From Acidobacteriota bacterium (lineage in GTDB: Bacteria; Acidobacteriota; UBA890; WLXD01): DNA of 30,406 bases. The number at the start of each line of letters is the position of its first letter. The first letter of the stretch is position 1. Both the position numbers and the translations under genes were made by a program. The notes under the pieces were generated by a model, which was not told the origin of the DNA, ran no database searches, and saw only the letters and a list, made by a program, of their open reading frames with translations. The DNA lies in contig CBDBHB010000001.1 of NCBI GenBank assembly GCA_965205505.1, forward strand, positions 1-30,406, read 5' to 3'. This document shows positions 26,880 to 30,406 of the stretch, in pieces.

Positions 26880-29800
26880 ATGAAGTTCGAGACGCCGCCC
26901 TCCGAGATCTCGTTCCCCCGCATCGAGGAAGAGGTCCTCGAGCGTTGGACTCGGCGGCGCACCTTCCAACGATCGATCGAGCAGCGCGATCCGGCGCGGT
27001 CCTACTCTTTCTACGACGGTCCGCCGTTCGCCACCGGGCTACCGCACTACGGCCACTTACTCGTCGGCACCATCAAGGACGTCGTAGCCCGCTACCAGAC
27101 CATGTGCGGTCACCGGGTGGAGCGTCGCTTCGGGTGGGACTGTCACGGCCTGCCGGTGGAGTTCGAGATCGAAAAGCAGCTCGGGCTCAACGGCCGTGCT
27201 GATATCGAAAAGTACGGCATCGGCAAGTTCAACGAAGCCTGTCGCTCCATCGTGCTGCGCTACACCGATGAGTGGCAGCAGACGGTCACCCGATTCGGAC
27301 GCTGGGTCGACTTCGACAACGACTACAAGACCATGGACTTATCGTTCATGGAGAGCGTCTGGAGCGTGTTCAAGACGCTCTGGGACCGCGATCTGATCTA
27401 CGAAGGATACCGGGTCGTTCCCTACTCTTGGCGAATCGGCGCACCGCTGTCGAATTTCGAGGCCAACCTCAACTACAAGGAGATCCAGGATCCGTCGATC
27501 ACGGTGAAGTTCCGCGCCGACGACGGGCTGGTTCTGCTGGCCTGGACGACGACACCCTGGACGCTGCCATCGAATCTGGGGCTGGCCGTCGATCCCGACG
27601 CCGACTACGCCATCGTCGAAGAGATCGACACACACGGCGAGCCAAAGGGTGAGCGCATGGCGATGCACGCCGAGCGCGTGGCCGCCTACTGGCCAGCCGA
27701 CGAAGGAATTCGACGAGTGGGCACGATCCGCGGCTCGGAGCTAGTGGGCAAGAGCTACGAGCCACTGTTTCCGTTCTTCGCCGAGCGCAAGCTCGAGGGC
27801 GCGTTCCGCGTGCTACCGGCGACCTTCGTCACCGCCGAGAGTGGCACGGGCATCGTGCACACCGCGCCGGCGTTCGGCGAGGACGATTTCGCCCTGGGCC
27901 GGGAGTTCGGCATCGAACCGGTCGATCCGGTGGATGCGGAGGGTTGCTTCACGGAGCTAGTCCCTCCCTACGCCAGCCAGATGGTGAAGGACGCCGACAG
28001 GCAGATCATCAGCGATCTCAAGGCAGCTGGGAAGATCCTGCGCCACGACACCTACGTCCATAGCTATCCGTTCTGCTACCGCTCTGACACACCGCTGATC
28101 TACAAGACCATCAGCGCCTGGTACGTACGCGTGGAGGCGTTCAAGGAACAGCTGATCGCTGCCAACCAGCAGATTCGTTGGGTCCCGGACCACCTCAAGG
28201 ACGGCCGCTTTGGCAAGTGGCTAGAGGGCGCCCGAGACTGGAACATCTCGCGCAACCGCTACTGGGGTAACCCGCTGCCGATATGGCGCAACGAGGATAC
28301 TGGCGAGACCATCTGCGTCGGCTCGCGCGATGAGCTTCAGGAGCTGTCCGGAGTGGCTGTTGACGACCTCCACAAGCACATCGTCGACGATGTGATGATC
28401 CCCTCGCCGGCTGGTCAGGGCGAGCTGCGACGCATCCCAGAGGTGCTCGATTGCTGGTTCGAGTCGGGCTCGATGCCGTACGGACAGGCGCACTACCCGT
28501 TCGAGGAAAAGGAGGCGTTCGAGGACGGCTTCCCCGCCGACTTTATCTGCGAGGCACTCGACCAGACCCGCGGCTGGTTCTACACCTTGCTCGTGCTGTC
28601 GACGGCGCTCTTCGACAAGCCGGCGTTCAAGAGCGTTGTTGTCAGCGGGCTGGTGCTGGCCGAGGACGGCCGCAAGATGTCGAAGAGCCTGAAGAACTAC
28701 CCGGAGCCCACCGAGCTGGTCAACGAGTTCGGCGCCGATGCCATCCGTATCTACTTGCTGGATTCGCCCGTGCTGCGCGGGGAGGAGGCGAGGTTCTCGC
28801 AGGCCGGCGTGCGCGAGATGGTCCGGCGAGTGTTGCTTCCCTGGTGGAACAGCCTCTGCTTCCTACAGACGTATGCGGCCGTCGACGGCTGGGACCCCGA
28901 GACCGATTCCTGGAACGAGGCCCCGACGCATGAGCTCGACGTGTGGATCGGCGCCAAGCTCGAGGATCTCAAGGCGCAGGTCGAGATCGAGATGGCCGCC
29001 TACCGCCTGTATCGGGTGGTCGATCCGCTGTTGACGTTCCTCGACGATCTCACCAACTGGTATATCCGCCGATCGCGGCGCCGGTTCTGGAAGTCGGAGT
29101 CGGACGACGACAAGCGCAGCGCCTACACGACTCTCTACGGCGTGTTGCTGCAGTTCTCCGAGCTGATGGCGCCCTTCACGCCGTTCATGGCCGACTATGT
29201 ATACGAGAGGCTACGCGCCACGCCCGAGACGCGGGCTGTCGACAGCGTGCACCTGCGCGATGTCCCGGCGCGCCGCGAGCTCACGCCCAACGAACAGGAG
29301 ATCGAGGGGCGCATCGACCTGACCCGTGTCGTATGCGAGATGGGACGCAGCCTGCGCGGTCAGGCGAGGATACGCAACCGCCAGCCGCTGCGCGCCATCC
29401 GCGTCGGCACCACCAGCCACCACGAGGCAGAGTGGCTGCAAGCCAGCAGCGCAGTCATCCTCGACGAGCTCAACATCAAACAGCTCGAGGTCATCGAGGA
29501 CCCGACCCAGGTGGCGAGCCCCGAGGTTGTGCCCAACATGCGCGCGCTGGGGCCAAGACTCGGTGCCCAGGCCAAGGAGGTGGCCGCTGCGCTGCGCGAC
29601 CTCGACCCGGTTACTGCCCGAGCGCTGGCCTTTGGGGAGACGGTTCAGGTGGCCGGAGTGGAGCTTTGCTCCGAGGACGTGCAGGTCCGCATGAAACCCA
29701 CCGAAGAGGGCTCGCTGGTCGCCGCCCAGGGCCACCTCGTGGTTGCGCTCGATCCGCATATCGACGATGCGTTGCGAGCGGAGGGTATCGCGCGGGACCT

Positions 29801-30038
29801 GGTAAACCGCATCCAGCGCATGCGAAAGGATCTCGATCTTCCCGTCGAGGCCCGCATCAAGGTCGGATTCCAGGCCGCAGCGGCGGAGATCGTCGCAGCC
29901 GTGGAAGCGAACCGCGACCTTGTCGAGGGCGAGACGCTCAGCGAGATCTCTACAGATGGAATCGCCACTCCGGAGATCACTCGGGAGCACAGCATCGACG
30001 GCCTGACCTTGATCGTCGAGATGCGTCGCAACGCCTGA
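26880..30038 (+). CDS. ileS: Isoleucine--tRNA ligase, type 2 (IleRS2)
   Basis: FYDGPPFATGLPHYGH, GWDCHGLPVE, WTTTPWTLPSN, DWNISRNRYWG, DQTRGWFY, KMSKS, NWYIRRSRRRFW; 1052 aa; no C-terminal Zn-binding cysteines. Confidence 0.97.
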   Translation: MKFETPPSEISFPRIEEEVLERWTRRRTFQRSIEQRDPARSYSFYDGPPFATGLPHYGHLLVGTIKDVVARYQTMCGHRVERRFGWDCHGLPVEFEIEKQLGLNGRADIEKYGIGKFNEACRSIVLRYTDEWQQTVTRFGRWVDFDNDYKTMDLSFMESVWSVFKTLWDRDLIYEGYRVVPYSWRIGAPLSNFEANLNYKEIQDPSITVKFRADDGLVLLAWTTTPWTLPSNLGLAVDPDADYAIVEEIDTHGEPKGERMAMHAERVAAYWPADEGIRRVGTIRGSELVGKSYEPLFPFFAERKLEGAFRVLPATFVTAESGTGIVHTAPAFGEDDFALGREFGIEPVDPVDAEGCFTELVPPYASQMVKDADRQIISDLKAAGKILRHDTYVHSYPFCYRSDTPLIYKTISAWYVRVEAFKEQLIAANQQIRWVPDHLKDGRFGKWLEGARDWNISRNRYWGNPLPIWRNEDTGETICVGSRDELQELSGVAVDDLHKHIVDDVMIPSPAGQGELRRIPEVLDCWFESGSMPYGQAHYPFEEKEAFEDGFPADFICEALDQTRGWFYTLLVLSTALFDKPAFKSVVVSGLVLAEDGRKMSKSLKNYPEPTELVNEFGADAIRIYLLDSPVLRGEEARFSQAGVREMVRRVLLPWWNSLCFLQTYAAVDGWDPETDSWNEAPTHELDVWIGAKLEDLKAQVEIEMAAYRLYRVVDPLLTFLDDLTNWYIRRSRRRFWKSESDDDKRSAYTTLYGVLLQFSELMAPFTPFMADYVYERLRATPETRAVDSVHLRDVPARRELTPNEQEIEGRIDLTRVVCEMGRSLRGQARIRNRQPLRAIRVGTTSHHEAEWLQASSAVILDELNIKQLEVIEDPTQVASPEVVPNMRALGPRLGAQAKEVAAALRDLDPVTARALAFGETVQVAGVELCSEDVQVRMKPTEEGSLVAAQGHLVVALDPHIDDALRAEGIARDLVNRIQRMRKDLDLPVEARIKVGFQAAAAEIVAAVEANRDLVEGETLSEISTDGIATPEITREHSIDGLTLIVEMRRNA

Positions 30039-30126
30039 GGCGCTGGGCCGATCGTCTCCTCAGCCGATGATTCGGCATCGGCGCGGCCATCTCACTCTTG
30101 AAAGCAACCTGCCGGATTTCCACTCG

Positions 30127-30148
30127 TGTGTATATATATGTGTATATT
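30127..30148 (+). promoter_or_regulatory. vapB promoter/operator
   Basis: AT-rich patch with TGTGTATAT direct repeats (30127-30135, 30139-30147); -10-like TATATT (30143-30148) 7 nt before ATG; no SD sequence. Confidence 0.55.
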
Positions 30149-30155
30149 AATGTGC

Positions 30156-30350
30156 ATGCGGACCAACATCGATCTTGATGACGAGCTCGTCAGCGAGGCC
30201 AAAGAGCTAACGGGCATCAACACCAAGCGGGGGGTGGTCCACGAAGCACTCCGCGTGTTGATCGCGTCGCGCAAGCGCCTGCCCATGTCGGATTTGGTTG
30301 GCAAAGTGCGTTTCGCGCCGGGATACGACTACAAGGCGACCCGGCGATAA
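30156..30350 (+). CDS. vapB: Type II toxin-antitoxin antitoxin, VapB family (64 aa)
   Basis: MRTNIDLDDELVSEAKELTGINTKRGVVHEALR...DLVGKVRFAPGYDYKATR. Confidence 0.88.
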   Translation: MRTNIDLDDELVSEAKELTGINTKRGVVHEALRVLIASRKRLPMSDLVGKVRFAPGYDYKATRR

Positions 30351-30369
30351 GCGTCCGGTGCGGGGGGAA

Positions 30370-30406
30370 CTAGTGGCCTGTAACAGATGATCGTTGCATA
30401 TCGCAG
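30370..30406. mobile_element. Left end of another type-A-like MITE (cut by window end)
   Basis: CTAGTGGCCTGTAACAGATGATCGTTGCATAT vs CTAGTGTCCTGTAACAGAGGTTCGTTGCATAT at 13371 (29/32 identical). Confidence 0.75.

Noticed and set aside
15249-30038. Alternative genetic code with TGA = Trp
   Set aside because: sdaA, ileS and the dehydratase end at TGA at their expected C-termini, and Trp is otherwise encoded by TGG.
30387-30406. ATGATCGTTGCATATCGC as a vapC start
   Set aside because: Lies within the MITE terminus shared with 13371 and lacks the PIN-domain first Asp (reads MIVAYR).

Overview
GC-rich bacterial window from a diderm (it encodes a TonB-dependent receptor; Acidobacteriota is my inference). 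It is mostly a patchwork of metabolic and exported enzymes: a cytochrome c/PCu(A)C fusion lipoprotein, metallophosphoesterase, M24 peptidase, NPP-type phosphatase, malic enzyme, flavin reductase plus FAD-oxidoreductase-SelD fusion, GH99, SdaA, haloalkane dehalogenase, cobalamin riboswitch plus BtuB-like receptor, PLP dehydratase, BNR-repeat protein, GH109, deaminase, DoxX, Trm112, rpmG, type-2 ileS and a VapB antitoxin. The most distinctive unexplained structure is non-coding. A set of CTAG-flanked, MITE-like elements (4073-4343, 10419-10589, a chimera at 13375-13510, plus remnants) has two different terminal-repeat types but shares a fixed-spacing internal core motif inside stems that differ in sequence yet still base-pair. 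Several genes carry lesions: a 1-bp frameshift, an in-frame TGA at a likely Trp site, an internally deleted amidohydrolase and a catalytic His->Arg change. All calls come from motif recognition by eye; no database searches were run.
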